From contig JAYUGC010000177.1 of the NCBI GenBank assembly GCA_043767805.1, positions 1-21,508 on the forward strand: DNA of 21,508 nt, in the 5' to 3' direction. Shown one piece after another: positions 7,065 through 15,922 of this stretch. A model generated the notes under the pieces. The model saw only the letters and a program-made list of their open reading frames with translations, was not told the origin of the DNA and ran no database searches. How positions within the stretch are numbered: position 1 is the first letter of the stretch; each line of letters opens with the position of its first letter. A program made the position numbers and the translations under genes. Origin of the DNA: Pseudomonadota bacterium. GTDB taxonomy: Bacteria > Bdellovibrionota > FAC87 > UBA2466.

Positions 7065-9442
7065 TAAGGCCCAAGTCTAACACCGCCTTTAGACGGAAAG
7101 AAACGGGCTAATCGGTTTAAGTCTTCGTCGATCAAGCGGCGGTTCTTCTCTCTTTGCTCGGCGGTGGGCGGGGAGAAGACGCCGTCCTCGAAGCCATAAT
7201 CCCGGCGGTTGACCCCGTCCGCGATGTAGAACGACTTACCCTCGTTCGAGAGAATGCCGAAGACCGCGCCGTAACTCGCCGCGAGAAGATAATGCTCCCG
7301 CCGATACCGCTTTTGCTCATCCAAGGAATGCGTGAAGAGAGGCCGGCCCGTGAGCGGGGTCTGTCGAATCGGCTCATGGCCCAGAAGGTAATAGAGACTC
7401 GGCGTCACGTCGGTGAGAAAAGCGAGGGCCGACGGATCGGCTTGCAACGTGGCCCGCATCGATTTCGGCAAATGGACCAAGAGCGGAATGCGCACGACCT
7501 CGGGAAAAAGATTGTAGGAGTGGCCGAATCGCCCCTCCTCGCCGAGCGAGTCTCCGTGATCGGCCGCGACCACGATCAGGCTTTCGTCGTATTGCCCTTT
7601 GGCCTTCAATCCGTCCACGAAGTTGCCAAAGCAAGAGTCGACCCGTTCCAGGGCGGCGGCGTAAGGCCCGAAAAACCCCTGGTAGCGGTCTAACTTCGGA
7701 TCCACCGGCGCCTTCGGTAACGAAATGTGCAAGTTCTGGGCTTGGGTGTACACGAACGTCGGACCCTCTCCTGGAACGGAGAGCTTTTGTTCGAGCTCTT
7801 TCAACGTGCGGCAGAAATCGATCTTTTGCGTCGGAATCCCGTAATCCAGTTCGACCAGCTTCGGCCAAGGCGAGACGATCCGGCTCAGAATGGAATCGAG
7901 ACTCACGTAGCTGCGATACCCCTCCACTTCCAGGAGCTGCTGCAAGCTGTTCAAGGGATGAAAGGGCGACACGTAAAAGCGATGGGGCACGAGGCCGCCC
8001 ACCCAAAGGGAAGGCTCCGACAATCCCGTGCCGCCGTACTGAGTAAAGGCGTTCGTGAAGGCAACGCCGTCTTTGGCGAAGGCGTCGAGCCGCGGCGTGA
8101 AAGGCGACTTCGGATTGAAGGCTCCGACGTAATCCCGGCGCAGGCTATCCACGACGAAGATGAATACGGGAGGCTTGGGGCCAGGCTTCGCGGTGAGTTT
8201 GTCGACGAGACGGACGGGGCTTGCTTCCAGCCCAAACTCGGGCGCCACATCCGTTCGTAGGCGAAGGGCGCTATAGAAAGGCAAATCGGGAGGCGGCGGA
8301 CGAAGGAGCTCGCTGGCGACTTGCAACGAAGGGTCGTGTCCCCAATAGAAGGCGACGGCGGCGGGCGGTGTAGCCCAAAGTAGAGCCGACAGAGAGACGA
8401 ACGCCGGAACGCAAGCCACCTGAGGCTTCACCCGGCGCAGCGCCAGGACACCGTACCAACCTCCAAACGCGATCGCCCAGGCCACGGCGGCGGAAAGGCG
8501 CTGCATGAGAAAGTTCCAGTCCACCAAATAGATGGCGGCGGGAAAAGCATAAGCGATACCCACGAGAAGAACCGCCGCCACCGCGAGCCCGATCGAAGGG
8601 GACGCCACCACTGCCGTAAAAGGCAGCAGGAGGAGACTCAAACCATTGTCGACGGGTTTATTGGCTAAACGAGTGGCCAGCCCTATCAAAAACAGCAAAA
8701 TGGAAGCCGCCCCCGTGGCGCCGATGACGAAGCCCCAAAGGCTGAAATAGGAAAAAGCTCCCAAAATTTCCTGCCGAATTCCCAGAGTCAGGGCAAGTCC
8801 CACGACGAGCGCGACCGAGAACGTTTCGCCCCGCAACTGCGGCTTGAAGCGGCCGCCAAGCGAGAGTGCAAAGGTCACCCAAGCCGCTCCCAGCGAAAAT
8901 AAAAAGAGATGCTGCAGAAAGCTCCACGCAAAAATGGGAAAGGTGGGTACGCCGCCCCGCGCGGTACCGACGGCAAAATAGACCAGGGTGACGCAAACCG
9001 AGGCCAAGGCGGCAGGAAGAAATATCCCGTTCCCCTCCCCTTCCTTTCGCTCCCACGTAAACTTGCCCCCGAACAAATCCAAAATCCCGACGATAAACGG
9101 GGGCAAGAACCAAAAAAGGCACCAGAGCAAGCTTTCGAAGCGGCTCTGCAAGCCAGGCAGGAGCGGATAGAGGGCGATCCCAAAACCGTAAAGCCCTGCC
9201 GGAATCGTAAACCCGAGAAGGATCCGCCGCCCCAAGGGCCGAAGCGTTAGGGCCACCGGGAGCAGGCAAAGCAGAAACCCAAAGCGGTGATACTTAACGA
9301 CCCAAGGCACCCACGGAAAGAGCTCGTTGCGTATGAACTGCTCGTAAAGAACAGGAACATAGGCGATGAAGGCGTAAATTCCAGTGGCGAGGCAAAAGAC
9401 GAGAAATGGCAGACGACAAAGAAGCAACGCGAGCGGCGACAT
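7064..9442 (-). CDS. Multi-TM membrane protein with C-terminal sulfatase/alkaline-phosphatase-superfamily domain (LtaS/phosphotransferase-like)
   Basis: About 10 hydrophobic segments followed by FVVDSLRRD, FTNAFT, GTGLSEPSL, ADHGD and GH. ATG 9442 is preferred over 9454 because an extended -10 sits 7 nt upstream of it. Confidence 0.8.
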   Translation of the reverse strand: MSPLALLLCRLPFLVFCLATGIYAFIAYVPVLYEQFIRNELFPWVPWVVKYHRFGFLLCLLPVALTLRPLGRRILLGFTIPAGLYGFGIALYPLLPGLQSRFESLLWCLFWFLPPFIVGILDLFGGKFTWERKEGEGNGIFLPAALASVCVTLVYFAVGTARGGVPTFPIFAWSFLQHLFLFSLGAAWVTFALSLGGRFKPQLRGETFSVALVVGLALTLGIRQEILGAFSYFSLWGFVIGATGAASILLFLIGLATRLANKPVDNGLSLLLLPFTAVVASPSIGLAVAAVLLVGIAYAFPAAIYLVDWNFLMQRLSAAVAWAIAFGGWYGVLALRRVKPQVACVPAFVSLSALLWATPPAAVAFYWGHDPSLQVASELLRPPPPDLPFYSALRLRTDVAPEFGLEASPVRLVDKLTAKPGPKPPVFIFVVDSLRRDYVGAFNPKSPFTPRLDAFAKDGVAFTNAFTQYGGTGLSEPSLWVGGLVPHRFYVSPFHPLNSLQQLLEVEGYRSYVSLDSILSRIVSPWPKLVELDYGIPTQKIDFCRTLKELEQKLSVPGEGPTFVYTQAQNLHISLPKAPVDPKLDRYQGFFGPYAAALERVDSCFGNFVDGLKAKGQYDESLIVVAADHGDSLGEEGRFGHSYNLFPEVVRIPLLVHLPKSMRATLQADPSALAFLTDVTPSLYYLLGHEPIRQTPLTGRPLFTHSLDEQKRYRREHYLLAASYGAVFGILSNEGKSFYIADGVNRRDYGFEDGVFSPPTAEQREKNRRLIDEDLNRLARFFPSKGGVRLGP

Positions 9443-9485
9443 TGCCCCTATCATAGCAAATGAGTCAGGAGTGAGCCTTGCCAGC
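9430..9485 (+). repeat. 56-bp direct repeat, copy 1 (covers the promoter and start codon of the sulfatase-like gene)
   Basis: CGAGCGGCGACATTGCCCCTATCATAGCAAATGAGTCAGGAGTGAGCCTTGCCAGC, 51/56 identical to 10576-10631. Confidence 0.9.
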
Positions 9486-9630
9486 TAGCGGCTTCAAGGA
9501 AATGCCGCTTAACAACCCCAACACCTGTCCCTCTAGGGCAGCCAAGCGGCAGCAAAGGCCACGAGCGCGGAACCGAACCACACCACCGCGAGAACTAATT
9601 TCACAAAATAGCCGCCTTTCGCTAGGTGCC

Positions 9631-10257
9631 CTACTTCCAAAAGTAACAATAGGATTCTTGGCTAAACAACGGACCCCTATCCAGTTCGAATCGGTACGGG
9701 TAACTCGATTCAAAATACCGTGACTCCGTTACATAGCGAACCCATACAGAAATTTTATCGTCCGCTCCTCCCCGGAATTCGAGAGAGTTCCGGGTCCGGG
9801 TTCTATAAATAATATTCCCCCCGTGTGCACCTGCAGAAGCCTTCGCCGTAGTTTCGTCGTGAAGGAGAGAGTGATCCACGCGAGGCCTAATGGCATTAAA
9901 CCAAATACCTTCTTTTACCGTGGCGATATCGACGGTGAAAACCGAATCGAAATCTACCGTTTTTAGATTTGCCTTATAGGCCCCTCCCAAAACCGGATCC
10001 ACCGGTTGGGCTTCGATAAATAACAAAGCGCCCGTTTTAAAAAACCGTTTCGTCTCAAGCCGATCGGTTTCGAAACAACGCCCGCGGAGCCACTTGCCAC
10101 TCACCGTGTCCACCATTTCGTAAGCGGCGGGATTTTTGCCCCAGCCACTTACCACTTTGTTATATTCGTCAAGGGAGGCGGATTGCGCCGCAATCAATGG
10201 CCGCATCACCACAATACCGAGAGCGACCAGGCAAACCGTCAGATAATTTCGTTTCAT
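9631..10257 (-). CDS. Hypothetical secreted protein
   Basis: 208 aa with a signal-peptide-like N-terminus (MKRNYLTVCLVALGIVVM...AAQSA) and an AAGGA RBS. Visibly more AT-rich than its flanks. Confidence 0.7.
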   Translation of the reverse strand: MKRNYLTVCLVALGIVVMRPLIAAQSASLDEYNKVVSGWGKNPAAYEMVDTVSGKWLRGRCFETDRLETKRFFKTGALLFIEAQPVDPVLGGAYKANLKTVDFDSVFTVDIATVKEGIWFNAIRPRVDHSLLHDETTAKASAGAHGGNIIYRTRTRNSLEFRGGADDKISVWVRYVTESRYFESSYPYRFELDRGPLFSQESYCYFWK

Positions 10258-10575
10258 GTTTTTCCTTCGTCCTTCCTTAGTTGGCCTACCCTGTGTAACA
10301 CAAAATCAGCGAGCAAATCACACGGGATCGTCACTATTGACCCATAAGGTCACGAAATCGATAGCGACTTCGTCGCGCGGTAGCGCGCTGTCCGTCGGAT
10401 TCACGCGTAGCGTCCGGTAATGGGCACGATCGTGCCGCAATTTTTTCTCTCCCAACCGTCGGAGATCGCGGCCAAATGAAACGAACTTTTCGGGGGCGCG
10501 CTTTCAATAGCGTAAAAAAGCCTGCGCCCCCAATGACTTAATTCCCTTTCACCCCCACTCAAGGGGACCGGGTAT

Positions 10576-10631
10576 CGAGCGGCGACATTGCTTCTATCCT
10601 AGCAAATGAGTCAGGAGCGACCCTTGCCAGC
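10576..10631 (+). repeat. 56-bp direct repeat, copy 2
   Basis: CGAGCGGCGACATTGCTTCTATCCTAGCAAATGAGTCAGGAGCGACCCTTGCCAGC, 5 mismatches to copy 1. Confidence 0.9.
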
Positions 10632-10675
10632 GCGCGGGCGTGGGCATTACGCTCTTCTCAACAGGGAGGTTTTGA

Positions 10676-11074
10676 ATGTCCGTCGAACTAAGTATGCTCA
10701 GGTGTTCCGTCTGGCTGGGAATCGTTCATCTCTTAGTGGCGACCTCAGCCTCCATGAAACAAAGACCTTTCAAATGGAACCTAAGCCCGCGAGACGTGAA
10801 GTTGCCCGACCTCGCCGGCGTTCCCGGCCGGCTCGATAGAGCTTTCAAGAATTTCAAAGAAACTTTCGTTTTCTTCGTCGCCGCCGTTTGCCTGGTTACT
10901 TTTACCAAAACGGAAAACTCGACGAGCGCGTTAGGCGCGCAGCTCTACCTCTGGGCGCGGTTACTCTACGTACCGATTTATGCGGCGGGTATTCCCGTCC
11001 TTAGGACGATAGTCTGGTTCGCGGCAACCGTTGGCATCGGCATGGTCCTCTGCGCGCTCTGTTCGGCGGTTTGA
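10676..11074 (+). CDS. MAPEG family membrane protein
   Basis: GGGAGG RBS, four TM helices, RLDRAFKNFKETF and YLWARLLYVPIY motifs. Confidence 0.85.
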   Translation: MSVELSMLRCSVWLGIVHLLVATSASMKQRPFKWNLSPRDVKLPDLAGVPGRLDRAFKNFKETFVFFVAAVCLVTFTKTENSTSALGAQLYLWARLLYVPIYAAGIPVLRTIVWFAATVGIGMVLCALCSAV

Positions 11075-11151
11075 GATCCATGTCCCTTTCCACCGCATTT
11101 CCCAAACGACTGGGACTAAGAGGTCGTGGGCGTGCTAACTTCCTCGTCCAT

Positions 11152-11901
11152 ATGAAACGTTTGGCACTCGTCGCGCTGGCTCTAACGAGCGGTTTGGTTC
11201 TGTTGCTCTCTTTGCGAGCGGGCCGGTCTTACGACGGCTACAATTACGCGTCTTGGTGGCAGAAGCGCGTCAATCGAGGCGGGAAGGCCAATTTTCCCAC
11301 CTGCGGTCAAAAGGCCGATGCGTCTTGGAACGTGACCGACCTTTCCGGCACGCGACTCCTGCTGTCGTCTTACTGGCGGGAAAAGCCCCTGGTTCTGGAG
11401 TTCGGCAGCCTGTCCTGCCCCATCTACCAGGACAACGGCCACTCCATGGAGGATCTTTTCTCCGAGTTTCAAACGAGAGCGAACATTGCTCTCCTCTACA
11501 CGCGCGAGGCCCATCCGGGATGGATACGATCCTCGCTGACCTCGGACGCGGAAAAACTCGCCAGGGCGCGGCAACTCCCGCACAAAGGCATACACCGTCT
11601 CATTTTAGTCGACGATATCGCGGGCACCATTCATCGATCTTTGGGCGCCTATCCCAATTCAGTGGTCGTCATCGGCACGGACGGCGCCATCGCTCATTTC
11701 GCGGTTTGGAATCAGCCCGTGCGCACCCGCGAAGTGCTAAAGAAGCTCCTCGACGGTAAACGTCCCGCCTGCCAAGCCGATCTGGAAACTCAGCCCGTAC
11801 ATCTCGGCTGGTTCGGTAACCTCCGCATGCTGACCGCCATAAATTGGGTCGGCGGAACGGACGCCTTTTTCGATTTTCTGAGCTACCTCATATCGGGTTG
11901 A
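11152..11901 (+). CDS. Iodothyronine-deiodinase-like thioredoxin-fold (redoxin) protein with N-terminal anchor/signal
   Basis: KPLVLEFGSLSCP, LLYTREAHP, VDDIAG and GAYPNSVVVIGTDG. ATG 11152 begins a signal-like MKRLALVALAL segment. Confidence 0.75.
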   Translation: MKRLALVALALTSGLVLLLSLRAGRSYDGYNYASWWQKRVNRGGKANFPTCGQKADASWNVTDLSGTRLLLSSYWREKPLVLEFGSLSCPIYQDNGHSMEDLFSEFQTRANIALLYTREAHPGWIRSSLTSDAEKLARARQLPHKGIHRLILVDDIAGTIHRSLGAYPNSVVVIGTDGAIAHFAVWNQPVRTREVLKKLLDGKRPACQADLETQPVHLGWFGNLRMLTAINWVGGTDAFFDFLSYLISG

Positions 11902-11921
11902 GCCGGCTTCAATCAAGCGCC

Positions 11922-14900
11922 TTAAGAGTTCGCCTCGACGAGGCGAAGCACCGCTTCGCCGTAGCGAGCGACGAGCTTCGGACCGAGGCCCGAGACTTCG
12001 AGGAGCTCGGGCTCGGACGATGGTCTCACTTCGCAAATCCCCTTTAGCACGGCGTCGGTGAGGACGCGGAAGGCGGGCATCCGCTTTTTCCGGGCTTCGC
12101 CCAGCCGCCACTCCTTGAGCGCCGCCAAGAGCCCAGGGGTCGCCGCGGGTGAGCCTGGCTTGCGGTGCCGGCGTCGCTTCGTGCCGCCGCGGGTCTCCGT
12201 CGACGAGCGGCTCTTGCGCGGTTTGCGACGAGCTTTGACTGCTTTGTCTCTGACCTGAAACTTCGCAAGATCGTCGCCGGTCGCTTTCTCGCCGGCGTCC
12301 GACAGGAACACTTTGCGGAAGGCAATGGTCTGGCCTTCCTTCTGAAAGCTTTCGTGTTGAATTTTGAGCCATCCCTGGGCAACGAGCCCCGAAAGAATGT
12401 TCTCGAACTCTTTGCGATCCACCGGCTCGCCGGTGTCGCTCAAGTCTTGGTGAAGCCGGCCGACCGCGTAACCCTGCCGGTGCGAGACGACCGACAGGAT
12501 GCGAATGGCGATGGCCTGCTCTGCTACCGTCGCTTGGTGACGGGCCGCTTTGAAGCCGCAATCGGAAGGCTGGCACACGTCGCAAATACCGCAGGGCTCG
12601 CCGGAATCATTTTGATCGCCGAAATGCTCGACCAGGTAGCGCATGCGGCATTGATGGCCGTCGGTAAAGGCGATAATTTGGCGAAGCTGCAAGAGGCGAT
12701 GCTCGCGTTGATCGAGATAAGGCTTTTCCCAGTCGTCCGTGCCCCGCACCACGTTCTCTTCCGGATCGATAATCGCACCCTTATGAATCCACAGCTTGTC
12801 GATGGCCCGCTCGAAAGTCTCGTCGTCAAGGGACCGAATCTGGCTGCGTAACGCATCCTTAGCGATTGCCTTGTCGGAAAGCTCCCGATGGATTTTTCTC
12901 AAGACCAAAGGATCCGGATAAGACTTCTCGAAGAAAAACTCGTGCGTTTTTCGGTCGGCGAAAGCGTGAAAGAGCACCGCGCGCGAGGGCTTCCCGTCTC
13001 GTCCCGCGCGGCCGATCTCCTGATAGTACCCCTCGACGCTGCCGGGAAGCGCCGCGTGCACCACGGTGCGGACGTTCGCTTTATCGATCCCCATCCCGAA
13101 GGCGATGGTCGCGACAATCACCTCGAGATCGCCCCGTAGGTAGCGCTCCTGCACTCGCTCTCGCGCTAGAGCCGACATGCCGGCGTGATACGCTTCGGCC
13201 CGAAACTTTCGAGCGAGCGTGTCGGCGAGGCTGTCGGCGATTTTTCTAGTCGGCGCGTAGACAATGGCGGGAAGCCTTCCCTCGCCTTTGAGCAGCAATG
13301 CTATCGCGTCGGGCCGCTCGGCCGTGCTGAGCTCCGCGAGCTGAATGGCGATGTTCGTCCGTCTAAAGCCGTGAATGGACTTGAGCCCCCGGCGAAGCCC
13401 GAGCTGGCGCGCGATATCTTGCTGCACGAGCGGAGTCGCGGTCGCGGTCAAAGCGATGACGGGCGCCGGGCGAAACTCCCCGAGGCGCTCCCCGAGCAGA
13501 CGATAATCGGGCCGGAAATCATGCCCCCAGTGGGAGATGCAGTGGGCCTCGTCGATGGCGATGAGCGAAATCGGCCGCTTTTGCAACATCTCGGTAAAAC
13601 CGCGAACGCCAAGGCGCTCGGGCGCGATGAAAAGAAAATCGAGTTTCCCCGCGAGGTACTCGTGGCAAACCGCGCGCGATTCCTCGCGCTTACGGCCGGA
13701 GTGAATCCGCTCGGCGGCAAGCCCGGCTCTTTGCAGCTTCTCGACCTGGTCGTCGATAAGCGCGACGAGCGGGCTGATGACGAGCGTGGTCCCTCCGCGT
13801 GCAAGACCCGGAAGCTGATAGCAGAGCGATTTTCCCGCGCCCGTCGGCATGACGAGCAAGACGTCTTTGCCCTGGGTGACCGCGCGGCACACTTCCTCCT
13901 GGTGCGGCCGAAAAGAAGTGAATCCAAAGACGTCTTTCAACAGAGCTTTGGGGTCACGATTGCGACTGCCTGAGTCCACCCGTTTCGCTAAAGACGGTTG
14001 CGGACGTGAAGCCTCCGGCGCTTCCGATCGAGGGGCAGGACGGGGTGACGGGGAAGCCGAAGGCGGGCGAGGCTTGTGAGGCGGCGCGGCCTTCACCACT
14101 TCTTCCACCCGCTCGCGGATTTCCTTTTCGAGAGCGCCCATGAACTCGGCGAGCGTCCGCTTACCCGCTTGGATTTGCCCGAGCTCTTTTTCCCAGCGTC
14201 CCGTGAGCTCCGCGCTTTTTACCGTCGGATGAACGGTATCGATAAGCCGGCTTCCGAGCTCGGTCGCCCGCAAAAGTTTGCCGTCTCGGGCGAGGTACCC
14301 TCGGCGAAGCAGCGCCTCGATGATTCCCGCACGCGTGGCCGCGGTGCCGAGGCCGGAATCCCGCATCGCGAGCCGGAGCTCGCGGTCCTCTAAATTTCTT
14401 CCCGCGCTTTCCATCGCGGCCAGAATCGAAGCGTCGTTTAAGAAAGGCGGCGGCCGCGTGACTTTTTTCAGCGGTTTCACGTCGGCTACATCGACCGCGA
14501 CGCCCGTCGCCAGGGACTCGGGTAAAAGGAGAACGGCGGTATCCGCTTCTCGCTTCGTATCGCCGATTTCGAGAGCCTTCCAGCCTCTCTCGACGACGAG
14601 TGTTCCTTGCGTGCGAAAGTAATCGGCGGGAGTGGCGAGCGTCAGCACGGTGGTGACCGCCGTCACGTAGTCGCCTTGCCATAGGGCAAGAAGACGGCGG
14701 CAAATCAGATCGTAGATATTTCGCTCGTCCGCGGTGAGCCGGGCCGTTTGCGCTCGCACGTCCGTCGGCAAGATAGCGTGGTGATCGCTGACTTTCGAGT
14801 CGTCCACGTAACGCGTGCTCAGGGACTCGAGACCCGTCTCGGGACGAAGCAGAGCCTTATACGGGGCGGAGATCGCCGCCACGATCCCCTTAAGCGTTTG

Positions 14901-15887
14901 CTCGACGGTTTTTGAAAGATGACTCGAGTCCGTGCGGGGATAACTGATGAGTTTATGGCGCTCGTAGAGCGCCTGCGCGACTTCCAAAGTTCTCGCCGCG
15001 GAAAGACCAAAGAGCCGGTTCGAATGGCGCTGCAGCTCGGTCAAATCATAGAGAACCGGGGGCGGCTGCCGCACGTTGCGCGACTCGAGCTTTTGCACCC
15101 GCGCGGCCGCCTTTTTCACGCGGTCAGTGATTTCACTGGCGAGCTTCCCGTCGGGAGGAAGCCTTGCGGTCCGCGAGGCACCTGGATCGTCTCCTAGAAA
15201 AAGTCCTGTGTAGGAAGCCTCCCCCAACCCGAATTTTCCTTCGAGCTCGATGTAGTCTTCGGGCTTGAACGCCTCGATCTCCCGATCGCGTTTCACCACG
15301 AGCGCCAAAGTCGGCGTCTGTACGCGGCCCACGAAAAAGCGATCCCCGTGGGTAATCGCGTAAGCCCGGGACAAATTCATGCCTACCAGCCAGTCCGCCC
15401 GGCTTCTCGCTCTCGCGGCGTCGGCGAGCGAATCGTAGCGCGACGCTTCCTTCAGATCCTTCATACCCGCGCGGATCGCGTCGGGAGTCAGCGAAGAGAT
15501 CCACAAGCGGCGGACTTTTTTGCGGCAGTGGGAGGCCTCGTAGATATAGCGGAAGATGAGCTCGCCCTCGCGCCCGGCGTCCGTCGCGCAGATGACGTCT
15601 GCGCACTCAACCAAGAGTTTTTTGACGACCTTAAACTGATCTTGAGTCGCTTCCACCACCTTCAGCGGCCAAGTGGCGGGGAGCATCGGCAGCGACGACG
15701 TGCGCCAAACTTTCCATTCCAGCGAGATTTCGTGGGGCTCGGGCAGAGTGACGAGGTGGCCTATGGCCCAAGTGACGACGTAGCCGTTCCCGCTGAGGCT
15801 TCCTTGGCGCGACTGAGTGGCCCCCACCACCCGAGCGATATCGCGGGCCACTGAGGGCTTTTCCGCGACGATCAAGGTGTCTGGCAT
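11922..15887 (-). CDS. DNA topoisomerase III - RecQ helicase fusion (TOPRIM/Topo IA + RecQ core + RQC + HRDC)
   Basis: Topo IA part: AEKPSVA, ATDAGREGE, GRVQTPTL, ISYPRTDS (catalytic Tyr) and GLGTAATR. Pro-rich linker. RecQ part: MPTGAGKS, DEAH, TATA, ATIAFGMGID, QEIGRAGRDG, Zn site CRM...CGICDVC, and HRDC LKEWR...PAFRVLTDAVL. One uninterrupted ORF. Confidence 0.95.
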   Translation of the reverse strand: MPDTLIVAEKPSVARDIARVVGATQSRQGSLSGNGYVVTWAIGHLVTLPEPHEISLEWKVWRTSSLPMLPATWPLKVVEATQDQFKVVKKLLVECADVICATDAGREGELIFRYIYEASHCRKKVRRLWISSLTPDAIRAGMKDLKEASRYDSLADAARARSRADWLVGMNLSRAYAITHGDRFFVGRVQTPTLALVVKRDREIEAFKPEDYIELEGKFGLGEASYTGLFLGDDPGASRTARLPPDGKLASEITDRVKKAAARVQKLESRNVRQPPPVLYDLTELQRHSNRLFGLSAARTLEVAQALYERHKLISYPRTDSSHLSKTVEQTLKGIVAAISAPYKALLRPETGLESLSTRYVDDSKVSDHHAILPTDVRAQTARLTADERNIYDLICRRLLALWQGDYVTAVTTVLTLATPADYFRTQGTLVVERGWKALEIGDTKREADTAVLLLPESLATGVAVDVADVKPLKKVTRPPPFLNDASILAAMESAGRNLEDRELRLAMRDSGLGTAATRAGIIEALLRRGYLARDGKLLRATELGSRLIDTVHPTVKSAELTGRWEKELGQIQAGKRTLAEFMGALEKEIRERVEEVVKAAPPHKPRPPSASPSPRPAPRSEAPEASRPQPSLAKRVDSGSRNRDPKALLKDVFGFTSFRPHQEEVCRAVTQGKDVLLVMPTGAGKSLCYQLPGLARGGTTLVISPLVALIDDQVEKLQRAGLAAERIHSGRKREESRAVCHEYLAGKLDFLFIAPERLGVRGFTEMLQKRPISLIAIDEAHCISHWGHDFRPDYRLLGERLGEFRPAPVIALTATATPLVQQDIARQLGLRRGLKSIHGFRRTNIAIQLAELSTAERPDAIALLLKGEGRLPAIVYAPTRKIADSLADTLARKFRAEAYHAGMSALARERVQERYLRGDLEVIVATIAFGMGIDKANVRTVVHAALPGSVEGYYQEIGRAGRDGKPSRAVLFHAFADRKTHEFFFEKSYPDPLVLRKIHRELSDKAIAKDALRSQIRSLDDETFERAIDKLWIHKGAIIDPEENVVRGTDDWEKPYLDQREHRLLQLRQIIAFTDGHQCRMRYLVEHFGDQNDSGEPCGICDVCQPSDCGFKAARHQATVAEQAIAIRILSVVSHRQGYAVGRLHQDLSDTGEPVDRKEFENILSGLVAQGWLKIQHESFQKEGQTIAFRKVFLSDAGEKATGDDLAKFQVRDKAVKARRKPRKSRSSTETRGGTKRRRHRKPGSPAATPGLLAALKEWRLGEARKKRMPAFRVLTDAVLKGICEVRPSSEPELLEVSGLGPKLVARYGEAVLRLVEANS

Positions 15888-15893
15888 CCCTCC

Positions 15894-15922
15894 AAGTTAA
15901 CTAGCCCGGCTTCTCCCGTCAA
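15894..15922 (-). promoter_or_regulatory. Sigma70-type promoter of the topoisomerase-RecQ fusion (probably leaderless)
   Basis: Minus strand TTGACG (15922-15917), 17-bp spacer, TAACTT (15899-15894), then 6 nt to the ATG. Confidence 0.6.

Noticed and set aside
9456..9485. Sigma54 promoter (TGGCA...TTGC) within the repeat
   Set aside because: Spacing between the GG and GC elements is far longer than the required -24/-12 geometry.
9430..10631. CRISPR array or IS terminal repeats
   Set aside because: Only two direct copies 1.1 kb apart, with no spacer periodicity, cas genes, transposase or inverted ends.
11737..15854. Numerous alternative-frame and antisense ORFs inside the topoisomerase-RecQ gene (and similar ones across 1-9454)
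   Set aside because: Shadow ORFs expected in GC-rich coding DNA, with no motifs or RBS.
11922..15887. Reverse gyrase
   Set aside because: Domain order is topoisomerase then helicase, and the helicase is clearly RecQ (DEAH, RQC, HRDC), unlike reverse gyrase.
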